Virus record (IMG/VR): IMGVR_UViG_3300044700_000691
Coordinates: 62,001 to 126,000 of that record
Length of the DNA stretch: 64,000 bases
Direction: 5' to 3' (one strand)
The first letter of the stretch is position 1; every line of letters begins with the position of its first letter. The notes under the pieces were generated by a model. The model saw nothing but the letters and a program-made list of their open reading frames with translations, was not told the DNA's origin and searched no databases. Positions 27,978 through 38,122 of this stretch are shown piece by piece. A program made the position numbers and the translations under genes.

Positions 27978-28904
27978 TTATGCAAGCGTAACTGTGCCTC
28001 CGCTAAAATATTCAAGCAGAATAAGATCAGTGGTTTCTAATCCATGTTCTAAATATGCAGGCCTCGTATAAAGTGAATCTCCTGCCTGCACTTGAGCTAA
28101 TAATAATTGATTTATACCACCAGTTCGGCTAAAAAAGAAAGGAGACGTATTTGAATCTGTTAAGAGTCGTCTTACTCCATTTATACTTATACACACAGTT
28201 GAATCTATATGAATTGCTTTAGTAATTGCAGAGTTTGATGCTAGTGAATAGCTGCCAGTATTTGAAGTATATGACACTTGATTAGCATTGCCTTGTTCAG
28301 CACTTGGAGTAATTGGCGCAACTAGACTTGGAATAACTCGAATATGGCCTCGCATTACGCTTTGGTGAGCTGTACATACATAGAAAAGATCGTCTGGCGC
28401 GTCAAATGGAACTGTCCATAAGATATAGCCGCCGCTACCTTGAGTATTTGTACCGGCACCGCTAGTCGGCATGCCAACTGAATAGGCTGTGCCATTTGCA
28501 CTTCGGATTTGCAGAGTGTGACCTATACTTGAGGCAACTTTAAATTTGTAAATATTTCCTCTAAAAACATAAATCGTTGGATTTGCATTATTACCACTAT
28601 TAAAATCAGCGGCTTCATTAACTAACCATGCAGTATTTTGAAGATGTGCAACAAAAGTTAATAAGTTAGCATTGGTTGGTGAAAATTCAATAAGATCTGC
28701 ATCCAATACTCCGTCCTTAAACCAATACATTTGGTTATCAACACCATTGGCGATTCGGACCTGCATGGTTGGGAATCGAATAGCTTGTGGAATATTAGCT
28801 AATGCTTCAGTTGTTGTTGCATATGGCCCAGAGTACCCGTCGACTGGAACCGGGTTAACTGGTGTAATACCATACGGTAATTGAAGTCCTGGTGTAAAAC
28901 TCAT
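27978..28904 (-). CDS. Virion protein with a cupredoxin-like domain
   Basis: NPTIYVFRGNIYKF...GHTLQI...WTVPFDAPDDLFYVCTAHQSVMRGHIRV supplies an H, C, H, M ligand set. Confidence 0.65.
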   Translation of the reverse strand: MSFTPGLQLPYGITPVNPVPVDGYSGPYATTTEALANIPQAIRFPTMQVRIANGVDNQMYWFKDGVLDADLIEFSPTNANLLTFVAHLQNTAWLVNEAADFNSGNNANPTIYVFRGNIYKFKVASSIGHTLQIRSANGTAYSVGMPTSGAGTNTQGSGGYILWTVPFDAPDDLFYVCTAHQSVMRGHIRVIPSLVAPITPSAEQGNANQVSYTSNTGSYSLASNSAITKAIHIDSTVCISINGVRRLLTDSNTSPFFFSRTGGINQLLLAQVQAGDSLYTRPAYLEHGLETTDLILLEYFSGGTVTLA

Positions 28905-28906
28905 GG

Positions 28907-31138
28907 TTATGCGATAGTTATTTGGTGACGGTGATCTGCACTATATGGAATAGCATTGGTCAGCGTGTATATTTTATATGCAACCGGTGTTCCTCCTCCA
29001 TCATTAACATTAAATGTTGAAAGTGTATAATTTGCTGTGATATTTGCGTTTAGTGCATCTAGGTCTAATACTTGAGTTAGGGACATTGTTGCAGGAATGG
29101 CTACTGTAAATATTGTTTGAGCTGCTCCTGTATTTAGGGTAAATGTATTACCAGCATCAGTAAATCTTTTGCCAGATAAGGCTCTAACTCCAGCTGAATT
29201 AGATGGCGCGCTTGCACTAGGTCCATAGAATACCACGTATTTGTAAGTTATGTTATATGAAGCAGTTGCAGTTGTATAAGAATCTGTAACAGAAACTCGA
29301 TAAATTGCGCTAGTTGCTGATGATGTAATTGACGTATCAGTAAAGTTAGTAAATGATCCGCCGGCTGCCACTAGGGATCCAGCTGTTCCGATATTTGTGT
29401 AAGATCCACCATTAAATGAAACTGCATATTGGAATCCACTAATTGGAACATATAGTCGGTTTCTGGAAGTAGATCCCTGTAAAACAGATGAGGTATTACC
29501 GCGTTCTCTAATTTGATTACTTTCAATTGATAGTGAAAGAGTCGAAGCTGGCGCGCTAAATGAAATACTTGGTGATTGATAAGATTGCGGAGTAATTGTT
29601 AAAGTTGCAGTTGCGGTAGCTCCAGCACTATCTGTTACGATATATTGATAATTAAAAGGTTGAGTATTAAAAGCCGAATCTGTTAGAGTGTGTGTATATG
29701 TAGTTGCACCCGTAGTTGACGTTAAGGTAGTCCATGTACCAGAATTATTACGTCTCCACTGTAAAACAGCAGTTGCCGTAGTTGCACCAAGTGTATTAAT
29801 GGTTTTAGCAAAGACTAGCACGTTTGAAATTGCAGTTTGATTAAATAAGATACTGGTAGAGGAACTTAGGGACACGGTAGGAGCAATTGGTTCCTGTGCA
29901 ATAAGGTTAAACACCTCTTCAGCAGTTTTACCCGCTGCGGGAATTGTGTCGCCAGATATAAATCGTCCAACTGTTTTACCATTTGGTAAACTTACAAAAA
30001 CGTCTGCTGAAAATGTAGGTGGCGAAATCGGTCTTACAAAAACAGTTACCTTATCGCTAGATGGATCAGCTACTGCTAAAATTGATGAACTTAAATTAGC
30101 TGGACCTTCCTTGAAATCAAGTTGCTCCATTTTAGTTAAGATCGTTGCAGGCTCGGTTGATGCAATATCGGTTCCATCATTACTTATAGTAAAGGCTGAA
30201 ACTGAATTAAGGGCCTCAGTATCAATTCCAATTGAAACCTGTTTTGTAGTTGAATTAAAATTAATATTAATTCCACCCTCTCCAGCAATTCTGATTATAT
30301 CATTAATAGAAGCAGCTTCAAATTGAATTGCGCCGCTTGCGCTTGCAATTTTAGAAAAACCTGGAGTTTGAACAGGCGAGTTAATAGTTACCTTATTGGT
30401 TGCACCATTAAATGCAACAGTAGTATCACCAGTACCTTCAATTCTAAATGTACTTTGTGGACCGCTTGCACTTAATTGAATATTACCAAGTGCATTTGCA
30501 ATTTGACTAAACGAATTAGTTGAAACATTTGCTGAGCTAATTATAACCCGCTTGGTTACGGCATCTAGACTTACTGTGGTTCCACCCTGACCCTCAAAAC
30601 CAAGGGTATCAGTTGCACTACTTGCACCAAATATTACAGTTCCTTGAGAATTTGCAATTCCAGTAAAAGCTGTTCCGACTGGGCCGCTTGCGGCTTGGCC
30701 GCTAGATAGTTTTACCCAACCGTTATTTTGAGTATATCCATAAAATCCCTCTCCAGCTGGAGCGGTATTATTTGCATAGATAACATCTCCAATAAGACCG
30801 GCTGCACTGAGCTTACCAGTATTATCCTGTAATCTAAGTAAAGGTGTTTGAAATAGGTTAGCAAGGGCAGATTGGGTTGTTAATACGCCATCTGCATCGA
30901 CCTGCATTTTAATAGAGCCGTTTTGTACGACCCTGATAGTAGAACTTGCTGTAATACCAACTGCTGCAATCTGGTTAACCGAAATATTGTTATTGGTCTC
31001 ATCAAATGAGATTGCAGTTAAAAACGCTTGGATAGCCGCCTGTAAGTTATCAAAATTCTGGTTAGACGTCGATATACTCGAGCTTAAGCTTGAATCAGAT
31101 AAATCGGTAATGTTTGTTAAGTTAGAATAGACTCCCAT
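28907..31138 (-). CDS. Virion structural protein with three internal repeats and Ig-like C-terminal domains
   Basis: Three F..IA...G....A........G.G...V/I repeats; Thr/Ser-rich beta domains; N-terminal SNQNFDNL motif. Confidence 0.6.
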   Translation of the reverse strand: MGVYSNLTNITDLSDSSLSSSISTSNQNFDNLQAAIQAFLTAISFDETNNNISVNQIAAVGITASSTIRVVQNGSIKMQVDADGVLTTQSALANLFQTPLLRLQDNTGKLSAAGLIGDVIYANNTAPAGEGFYGYTQNNGWVKLSSGQAASGPVGTAFTGIANSQGTVIFGASSATDTLGFEGQGGTTVSLDAVTKRVIISSANVSTNSFSQIANALGNIQLSASGPQSTFRIEGTGDTTVAFNGATNKVTINSPVQTPGFSKIASASGAIQFEAASINDIIRIAGEGGININFNSTTKQVSIGIDTEALNSVSAFTISNDGTDIASTEPATILTKMEQLDFKEGPANLSSSILAVADPSSDKVTVFVRPISPPTFSADVFVSLPNGKTVGRFISGDTIPAAGKTAEEVFNLIAQEPIAPTVSLSSSTSILFNQTAISNVLVFAKTINTLGATTATAVLQWRRNNSGTWTTLTSTTGATTYTHTLTDSAFNTQPFNYQYIVTDSAGATATATLTITPQSYQSPSISFSAPASTLSLSIESNQIRERGNTSSVLQGSTSRNRLYVPISGFQYAVSFNGGSYTNIGTAGSLVAAGGSFTNFTDTSITSSATSAIYRVSVTDSYTTATASYNITYKYVVFYGPSASAPSNSAGVRALSGKRFTDAGNTFTLNTGAAQTIFTVAIPATMSLTQVLDLDALNANITANYTLSTFNVNDGGGTPVAYKIYTLTNAIPYSADHRHQITIA

Positions 31139-31158
31139 CTAGGCCCAGTTGTTTTAGT

Positions 31159-31165
31159 TATTTAT
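31159..31165 (-). promoter_or_regulatory. Late promoter candidate ATAAATA
   Basis: Intergenic, upstream of 31138. Confidence 0.65.
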
Positions 31166-31184
31166 TATCCCAAACTGGATTTGC

Positions 31185-32495
31185 TTAAAGAGCAATCTCA
31201 GTCTTAGAATCTTTAGTTGCGTGGTATGAAAGTGGTGATCCTACAACAAGACACTCAGTTAAATCCGCTGAAACTTGCATGTTTGGTTGACCTTTAATTG
31301 TTGATTGCTGAATTGTATTAACGCCAGATTGGTTAAAGTTGCAATTAGATAGAGTTGAGTATCTAATATCATTTTTATCAAAAATTGTACACTCTAAAAG
31401 TCTAGAACTTCTAACTTTACAGTTGACTAGTGTACAGTCAGAAAGTTCAGCTTGAATTGAAGACTCCATAAAAATAATATTTGATAGATTAAAACCATTT
31501 TTTATTCGACCTTCTAAAACTTCAACTTGATTTGTTTCTGAATTATAATTTACACGGCCTCTAACAAGTCCGCCATATGTTACCAGGTCAAAAAGTTTTT
31601 CCCTAACCAGATTAAACTTAGCACCAAGTATTTCTGGCCTTGAATCTAGATCCATTGATAATTTAATAAGTGGAAATTTAGTTTCAAAGGTTGCATAAGA
31701 TTTCAAGGCAGTTAAGTGTGACTTTTGTTCGGTTAAGATCTCTTTAATTTTTTCGCGATCTCTATCTGAATAGATTGAATTTGATTTTAAGGTTGAAAAA
31801 AGAGACTCTATTACCAGGTTTAATAATTCAACGGCTTGGGTATTTCTCTTTTCGTAATCCTTTCCACCAATATACTTTATAGTTACAAAACCTTCACTAA
31901 TTCTGTCGAAATTAATTCCAAACTGTTTTGATCTGGGAAAGCTAAATTCCATTTGTGAAGAATAGCTGCCAGACGGCACCGCAGCCTCGGCTATAAATTT
32001 ATTTTTTGGGTATATTAAATTTATAGAGTGTTTATAGATTTTACTTGAGCGAATCTCCTGTGGCCATAATTCAAAGGCTTTAGCTTCATTAAAATTAAGT
32101 AAAAATTTAAATTTATTTAGCTGAGGAATTCTTGCTCCTTCATTCATTTTAGAGAAACCTAAATCAATTTTAACTTTACACAATTCGTTAGTGTACCCGT
32201 TATCTTCAATAAACTTAAATGATTTAAGAAGAGCATTGACTCCTTCATAATAATAGACTGGGCCAATTGTCATTCGCTTCATTTTAAATCCGTTATTATA
32301 GAGATTGGTTAGTCTTGCTCCATTTTCCTGTAAAGGTTTCCAAGCATCTTTAGTTGCGCCAACCTCAATTTCTCTGTGTAGTGCAGATTTGGCTTTTTCT
32401 GCAAGCTGCTGAATTGATTTATTTGAAAAGAAATCAACTGTAAGCACAAATTGTGCGGATTCTACCTGTTCCCTGTTTTTAATGTCTAGTATCAT
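31185..32495 (-). CDS. Amidoligase (COOH-NH2 ligase)-like protein with a degenerate active site and a C-terminal beta-helix-like region
   Basis: Scaffold motifs GP..Y, GYTNELC, KQFGINF and YIGGKDYE are retained, but the catalytic E/H/R positions are replaced. Pentapeptide-like repeats at the C-terminus. Confidence 0.6.
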   Translation of the reverse strand: MILDIKNREQVESAQFVLTVDFFSNKSIQQLAEKAKSALHREIEVGATKDAWKPLQENGARLTNLYNNGFKMKRMTIGPVYYYEGVNALLKSFKFIEDNGYTNELCKVKIDLGFSKMNEGARIPQLNKFKFLLNFNEAKAFELWPQEIRSSKIYKHSINLIYPKNKFIAEAAVPSGSYSSQMEFSFPRSKQFGINFDRISEGFVTIKYIGGKDYEKRNTQAVELLNLVIESLFSTLKSNSIYSDRDREKIKEILTEQKSHLTALKSYATFETKFPLIKLSMDLDSRPEILGAKFNLVREKLFDLVTYGGLVRGRVNYNSETNQVEVLEGRIKNGFNLSNIIFMESSIQAELSDCTLVNCKVRSSRLLECTIFDKNDIRYSTLSNCNFNQSGVNTIQQSTIKGQPNMQVSADLTECLVVGSPLSYHATKDSKTEIAL

Positions 32496-32503
32496 AGTTT
32501 ATG

Positions 32504-34567
32504 TTATCTGTTTATACCAATATAAGGAATATTTAATCTTGGACGGCAGTTATCAATTATACGTAAAATTGATTCATCTTTAATGAATAACTGACTAATT
32601 ACAAAATCATGGTCCTCCTCTTGAACCATTGTATTAAAGAGTCTTATATTTGCAATATCAATTGGTGATGATACTAGTCTAAAGTTTTCGTTAATTGAAA
32701 AACTAAATGAACTTGCACCAGTCAAGGTTTTCGCTGAAGTATGGATTTGAGAAATATCATTAAAATTATTTAAATTCGCTGGATCCTGATTAAATCCATA
32801 TATAGTTAGGGCAGTTTGTTTAAATTGACTAGAGACTGGCACAAATATTGCATACCACTTATCAATTTCTAATCTAACTGTATTAAATTGAGTTAAGGTC
32901 GAATTTATTTCAAGCCTAATTGAAACGTTTTTATCAGTTGAATTATTAATTGCAATTGAAGTACCATCTAACTTTAATCCTTGTGATAAATTATTATCGT
33001 ATGCATCAATAAAACTAATTGAATCGGTTAGGGCATTAATTTTAAATAGCGCAAAGTAAGTCATATTAGATTTGTCTTCTCCTAATTTTCCAATTTCATT
33101 ATAGACAACACTATAGTCTCTGGTTAAAATATGTACACGGCCATTTGTATCTGGCTCAAACGCTAATTGGTTTGGTGTAAAGAAATTAGAGTCAGCATAT
33201 CTGTCAATTTTAATATATCGGCCAAGCAGTGGATCGTTTGAATTATATGGGCCTCTAATTTTAATTGGAGCGCCATTACTTAAGTCATATGTTGTTAATT
33301 TATAGCCAGCCCATAAGGAAAATAGTTCAGATTCTTCATATGCAATTAAGGTATATTTAGTTGCAGCATCTTCATATTTAACCGAATCCTTTGTAAAATT
33401 TGAGGTTTTTGGTGTAACTGTAATAGGTAAACTTGGCACACTCTTACTTTCATAATAATATTGAATTAGTGGAGAATAGTTGTAGGTTAGGGTCAATTGC
33501 TTGATTTTAAGATCTGGGTGTAGTGCCTTACGGGTTTCATCAAAACGGGTTGAAATCGTTTTAAATTGCTGAGGCATTGTTGCATCCTTAACTTCGTCAA
33601 TCATTTGATCTGCAAATAATTCATCTGTGCTGGTAATAATATTATCCAAGAAAGTTCGGTCTTCCGCTTTCATCATCATATCAATATTTGGCTGAAACTT
33701 AACCAATTGAATTTTCCAATAAACTGGCTCCTGCATAATTCCACGATATAGGTATGTACCCTGAATCTCGTACATTCTGTTAGTTAATGGAAAATAGAGG
33801 AAATCCTTTTTGCGAGGATTCGACGCTGCGCCAAAGATCGTTTGGAAATATTGGTTATCAATATGGATTTCGAATGGCATTTCAAAATCCACACCAAACT
33901 CTGCGTATGTAGGCTTATTATCTGGAAATTTATTTCCGGGTACAAGCACCTTAATGCATTTTCTGCTAATTGTTTTGAATAGAGTCCACTCCTTGAACAC
34001 GTAGTCCGCAGAGTCTCTATCTGGTTCGGTTTTAAAGTAAACAACCTCATGTCCAAATAATTTGTTAGTATTAAAGCTTAATTGTTTAAAAATATTTACA
34101 GCCTGGTCTGCAGCATATGGATTAAACGACATGGTGCCAGTTGAAATAAGAGCTGGACAAACCTCATCGCTACAAACTATGCTTGGTGTAAATAGGCTTG
34201 GAACAGAATCTGCTGCAACAATTTTAAATTTAATTTCATTTACAACAATTGGATTAGTAAGCTGATTCCTAGTTGTATTATTGTATTCATATTTTAATTC
34301 AACAAATAGATCAGCATTATTAAAAGCAAGTGCGGCAATGTCTGCAATATCGTACCACAGAGACCAGTTTCCACGATCTGTCGAATATCTAAATTTTTTA
34401 CTTAGATAGTTTTGGTTATTGCCATTTAAGTCAACATCGTCAGTAAAACTTGTAATCGAATAGGCTCCCGGTAAAGGATCCTTTGTTGAAAATAGTCTAT
34501 AGTTACTGCTGAATGTCAGACTTGATTTGGAAGTCTCCGGAATAAGCTTTAGGGTAACTGTCTGCAT
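32504..34567 (-). CDS. Neck / head-closure protein, T4 gp14-like, with N- and C-terminal extensions
   Basis: FGHEVVYF, FGVDFEMPFEIHID...F, PRKKDFLYFPLTNRMYEI and YWKIQLVKF match gp14-type motifs. Confidence 0.7.
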   Translation of the reverse strand: MQTVTLKLIPETSKSSLTFSSNYRLFSTKDPLPGAYSITSFTDDVDLNGNNQNYLSKKFRYSTDRGNWSLWYDIADIAALAFNNADLFVELKYEYNNTTRNQLTNPIVVNEIKFKIVAADSVPSLFTPSIVCSDEVCPALISTGTMSFNPYAADQAVNIFKQLSFNTNKLFGHEVVYFKTEPDRDSADYVFKEWTLFKTISRKCIKVLVPGNKFPDNKPTYAEFGVDFEMPFEIHIDNQYFQTIFGAASNPRKKDFLYFPLTNRMYEIQGTYLYRGIMQEPVYWKIQLVKFQPNIDMMMKAEDRTFLDNIITSTDELFADQMIDEVKDATMPQQFKTISTRFDETRKALHPDLKIKQLTLTYNYSPLIQYYYESKSVPSLPITVTPKTSNFTKDSVKYEDAATKYTLIAYEESELFSLWAGYKLTTYDLSNGAPIKIRGPYNSNDPLLGRYIKIDRYADSNFFTPNQLAFEPDTNGRVHILTRDYSVVYNEIGKLGEDKSNMTYFALFKINALTDSISFIDAYDNNLSQGLKLDGTSIAINNSTDKNVSIRLEINSTLTQFNTVRLEIDKWYAIFVPVSSQFKQTALTIYGFNQDPANLNNFNDISQIHTSAKTLTGASSFSFSINENFRLVSSPIDIANIRLFNTMVQEEDHDFVISQLFIKDESILRIIDNCRPRLNIPYIGINR

Positions 34568-34587
34568 TACAGATGGCGCTTTCTTTT

Positions 34588-34594
34588 TATTTAT
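34588..34594 (-). promoter_or_regulatory. Late promoter candidate ATAAATA (divergent pair, minus strand)
   Basis: Upstream of 34567. Confidence 0.6.
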
Positions 34595-34621
34595 CCAAGT
34601 TTAGCCTGGTCGCTAACTTAA

Positions 34622-34628
34622 ATAAATA
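34622..34628 (+). promoter_or_regulatory. Late promoter candidate ATAAATA (divergent pair, plus strand)
   Basis: Upstream of 34648. Confidence 0.6.
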
Positions 34629-34647
34629 TCAATAAAGATTCGGCACC

Positions 34648-35448
34648 ATGAAGACTAACCTAAATGTGCCAGTCCTGGATCCACTATGGCTGGCAAATTC
34701 TAAATATGTTGACCTTGAATATTATAATTACGTTATGCTTGGTGCTAAACAAAAGTATCTTGCGGATCTTAAAGCTGGATCTTTTACTAGATTCCACGAA
34801 ATCCTATTTCACTACCTAAATTTAAATACAGTTATTGTTGATAGGGGCGTTTTCGACTCTGCCTATAATTTTAAAAAGGACGATCGTCACGTAATGGAAA
34901 TTATTGCATCTTTAACCCGAAACCGGGAAGAGTATGGCGGAGAAATCTTAAGAATGTCCTCAACCATTCTAGCAGAAGTTCTTACTGAATATTTAGATAT
35001 TATGTTAGATCGACTAGCCTATACTCGACTCTACTTTAATTCAGCAAAATTTCACAAGTTAGATTCGATTTATGTTGCAACTACACAAAATAGAGCTAAA
35101 CTTAATCACATTTGGAAAATTACCAAAGAGAAAGGTGTACCCTTTATGATTAAAGCAAATCACCTAATTGAAATAAACGAATTTTCATGTGAAGACGGCG
35201 AATTTAGCGAACTATTAGGTCAAGTTAAGCCAGAAATTACAGATTTTTCAGCTAAGAAAAATGTCATGGTATTATCTTCAGTAAAGAAAATTAAAGACGA
35301 AACTCTATTTGAACTAGCGTTAGCTACAATTGTTGCTAATAAACTTCTGAATCACTCTAGTGGCTTCAATTCAAACATCTTATTGGATATTAAGTCCATG
35401 TTAGAAAGAGGCCAGGTGATCCCGTATAAGCTTAGATCCTTAACTTAA
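34648..35448 (+). CDS. Hypothetical protein (266 aa)
   Basis: Intact ORF filling the gap between minus-strand genes, with its own promoter motif. Confidence 0.75.
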   Translation: MKTNLNVPVLDPLWLANSKYVDLEYYNYVMLGAKQKYLADLKAGSFTRFHEILFHYLNLNTVIVDRGVFDSAYNFKKDDRHVMEIIASLTRNREEYGGEILRMSSTILAEVLTEYLDIMLDRLAYTRLYFNSAKFHKLDSIYVATTQNRAKLNHIWKITKEKGVPFMIKANHLIEINEFSCEDGEFSELLGQVKPEITDFSAKKNVMVLSSVKKIKDETLFELALATIVANKLLNHSSGFNSNILLDIKSMLERGQVIPYKLRSLT

Positions 35449-35451
35449 TTG

Positions 35452-36492
35452 TTATTGGAAATATTGGAACATGGTATTGTAACCACCGCCAGAAGATTCA
35501 GAGTATTGACCAGAACCTCCACTGCTGTAACTGCTGTAACTGTTGCCGCCGCTGTATGTATAAGTTTGGCTCGTAACAGGTGCAGTATAGCTAAACACTA
35601 AGTCAATCTCAGTAATAGTTGTGTTGCCTACACTAATTGCATCTGCAAGTTCTTGAGTAAATGGTTGACTCGTTGAAGTTGTACTAACTGGTAAAGGCGA
35701 CTTCTTTTGCCAATATGAAAACGAATATCCAGAAGGAAGAGATGAAGATATTGATACACTTACATTTTGACCACTTGTAAATTGTCTAATAATTTGATTA
35801 GAGTTACCCGATTGCGGGCTACCCGAAGCTCCGTTTAGCGTAATTGTAATATATTGAGATAGTGTACTCGATGAAATTGACGACAAGTTTGTTTTAAGCA
35901 GATTTACTTTAAAAATACCTCCATTATATGTAGCAGCTGATGCAGATGCTCCAACTGCTGGGGCATAGTTTGCAGAAATAATTCTCCAAGTATAGGTCTG
36001 AGGAGTAGCTAAGGCACGTGATGTACGTTGACACTGAACTACCACTGAATTAATTGGTAAATTTGCAACGGTTGTAATTGCCGCGCTAGTTGAAGGCAGG
36101 GCCGATAGTGTAACTACAGTTGTTTCGGTTCCTCCACTTGTAAATTTAACAGCAAGGGTCGAACTTTTTTGGTTAGTCAAAACATATGTTCTGTGTAGAA
36201 CGCTTGCAGTAGGCGATGGTAAAGTAATACCAGTAATTGCACTAGTTGATCCAACATATACTCCATAATGACCGTTAGTTAACTCTAATAGGCCTGATTT
36301 TTCACTGCCGAAGTATGCAACATTCGGTAAGCTTAGCGATCCATTAAGCATGAAGTGCGAAGTTGGATTAGAAAGAACTGCATCCATGGTTGCATCTTCA
36401 TAATAGTTAAATTTTCCAGCCGCCATTCTGCCATCTCTGGTAACGGTAAACTTAACTGCTTTAAGTATATTTGATAAACTTAATGTTTTCAT
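35452..36492 (-). CDS. Hypothetical Ser/Thr-rich virion protein
   Basis: Last gene of a long late operon; beta-rich composition; Gly/Ser/Tyr-rich tail. Confidence 0.6.
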   Translation of the reverse strand: MKTLSLSNILKAVKFTVTRDGRMAAGKFNYYEDATMDAVLSNPTSHFMLNGSLSLPNVAYFGSEKSGLLELTNGHYGVYVGSTSAITGITLPSPTASVLHRTYVLTNQKSSTLAVKFTSGGTETTVVTLSALPSTSAAITTVANLPINSVVVQCQRTSRALATPQTYTWRIISANYAPAVGASASAATYNGGIFKVNLLKTNLSSISSSTLSQYITITLNGASGSPQSGNSNQIIRQFTSGQNVSVSISSSLPSGYSFSYWQKKSPLPVSTTSTSQPFTQELADAISVGNTTITEIDLVFSYTAPVTSQTYTYSGGNSYSSYSSGGSGQYSESSGGGYNTMFQYFQ

Positions 36493-36506
36493 GTGTTATG
36501 TATATT

Positions 36507-38120
36507 TTATACTGATTCGTTTGAATTTGATCCGGAGTTAGTATCAACTAGAGCTGGATCATTTGAATATGCAACAAAGTGCATGCTACCATCTCGGGTT
36601 GTAATAAAAGCTGAACCTGTTCCAGACGTACCTGCCGGACTATCATCTCTATATGTAAAGTTCATATTTCCATTATCATCAAAATATGAATTAAATCCTA
36701 AATAACTTGCGAGGCCAGCCGCTGTTGCAGCACTACCAGTAACACTTAAATTTGGCTGCCTTGGTACAAATAATTCGGTTAGCCCGCTACCAGACAAAGG
36801 TAAACTATTTTTGGTCATTGTTCCAAGGTTAACTTGGTCTGCCAAATATCGGGTATCGGAAACTGCCGATGCTATACTCTTAGTTCCATATACAGTTAAT
36901 GATGAATTGGGGGTACCTCCAACACCAAGAGCAGTTGTTTTTTCAGTTGCGCCAAATCGCTTAGCGATAATTTTCTTAGTATCGCCTAACGCGGTTCCAA
37001 ATACTCCAATTGAAATATCACCAGTTGCACAAATATCAAATGCAGCTTTTGTAATAAGATATGACGCATTTGAAGAATTTATTCCAAGCGAAAGACGAGT
37101 TTTACCAGAAGCAGTTGCGCGTTCAAGCAAAAGTCCATTTATATCAAATACCGCGTCGTTTTCGGCAAAGCTTTTAATTGCAGAAGATCCTCCAGTATAT
37201 AGCGTAACTCCATTGTGGGCTGAGCCGTCCATTTGAGATGCTCTAAACTTAAAGGCTGATGTTGCACCATTAACTGAATTAGTATACGATGAATCTCCAC
37301 CTACATTAAATTCTGAAAGAAAGTAAGAAACAGATGGACTCGCTGACGTATTGTTTATTAGCGCATGTTTTATTCTAAGATTATTCTCAGAAAAACTCAT
37401 TTGGTGCTGACCGTTTGGTAACTTGTATAGCGAACCTAATTGAATATGATAACGACTTGCAGATTCATCTGAGGTAGTTACAAAATTTGAATATATTGTT
37501 GTAATTGCTTTACTAACATCAGTAATTAGTGCATCAACACTTCCGTTTGCAACAAAGTTAGCTTGGTATTTGTCTAAATCAAAGTTATTTAAAAATAGGG
37601 TTGAGTTATTATAAGTTGATGCAGAACTTCCATAATTTATTCCATCCGGGTTGACGACAGCTAAGTCTGCTCCAGCATTTTTTAAAAATCTTACTATTCC
37701 ATAATTTTTCTTTTTAGTACTTGCAGTAAAGGTAGTATCAGTGTCACTAATTGTAAATAATTGTTTATTTAAAAAGAACTCAGTCGATACTGCTAAAAGA
37801 TCGTTTATGTTAAATATTTGAGACCACGCGGTTGCCGTTTTATTATAAAATATACCGCCGGTTGTAATAAAAATATCGTCAACTATTGCGGTTGTGTTGG
37901 TGGTTTGGTCTGATCCACTAAATATTCTAGAGCCCTTTGCTCCTCTAGGTCCAACTTGACCAGCTGGGCCGATTCCGCCTATCGCACCGGCAGGGCCGCT
38001 TGGGCCAATATCGCCTATTCCTAATTCAATTAACTTAGTAAAGTTAAAATTTAGTTTGTCTGACAATACGGCTTGGCTATCTGTTGTAAAAACCTCTTTA
38101 AGATTTAATTGTGCTGGCAT
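36507..38120 (-). CDS. Virion fibre-like protein with a short collagen-like (G-X-Y) segment
   Basis: GDIGPSGPAGAIGGIGPAGQVGPRGAKGSR after the N-terminal KLNFNFTKL motif. Confidence 0.65.
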   Translation of the reverse strand: MPAQLNLKEVFTTDSQAVLSDKLNFNFTKLIELGIGDIGPSGPAGAIGGIGPAGQVGPRGAKGSRIFSGSDQTTNTTAIVDDIFITTGGIFYNKTATAWSQIFNINDLLAVSTEFFLNKQLFTISDTDTTFTASTKKKNYGIVRFLKNAGADLAVVNPDGINYGSSASTYNNSTLFLNNFDLDKYQANFVANGSVDALITDVSKAITTIYSNFVTTSDESASRYHIQLGSLYKLPNGQHQMSFSENNLRIKHALINNTSASPSVSYFLSEFNVGGDSSYTNSVNGATSAFKFRASQMDGSAHNGVTLYTGGSSAIKSFAENDAVFDINGLLLERATASGKTRLSLGINSSNASYLITKAAFDICATGDISIGVFGTALGDTKKIIAKRFGATEKTTALGVGGTPNSSLTVYGTKSIASAVSDTRYLADQVNLGTMTKNSLPLSGSGLTELFVPRQPNLSVTGSAATAAGLASYLGFNSYFDDNGNMNFTYRDDSPAGTSGTGSAFITTRDGSMHFVAYSNDPALVDTNSGSNSNESV

Positions 38121-38122
38121 CT

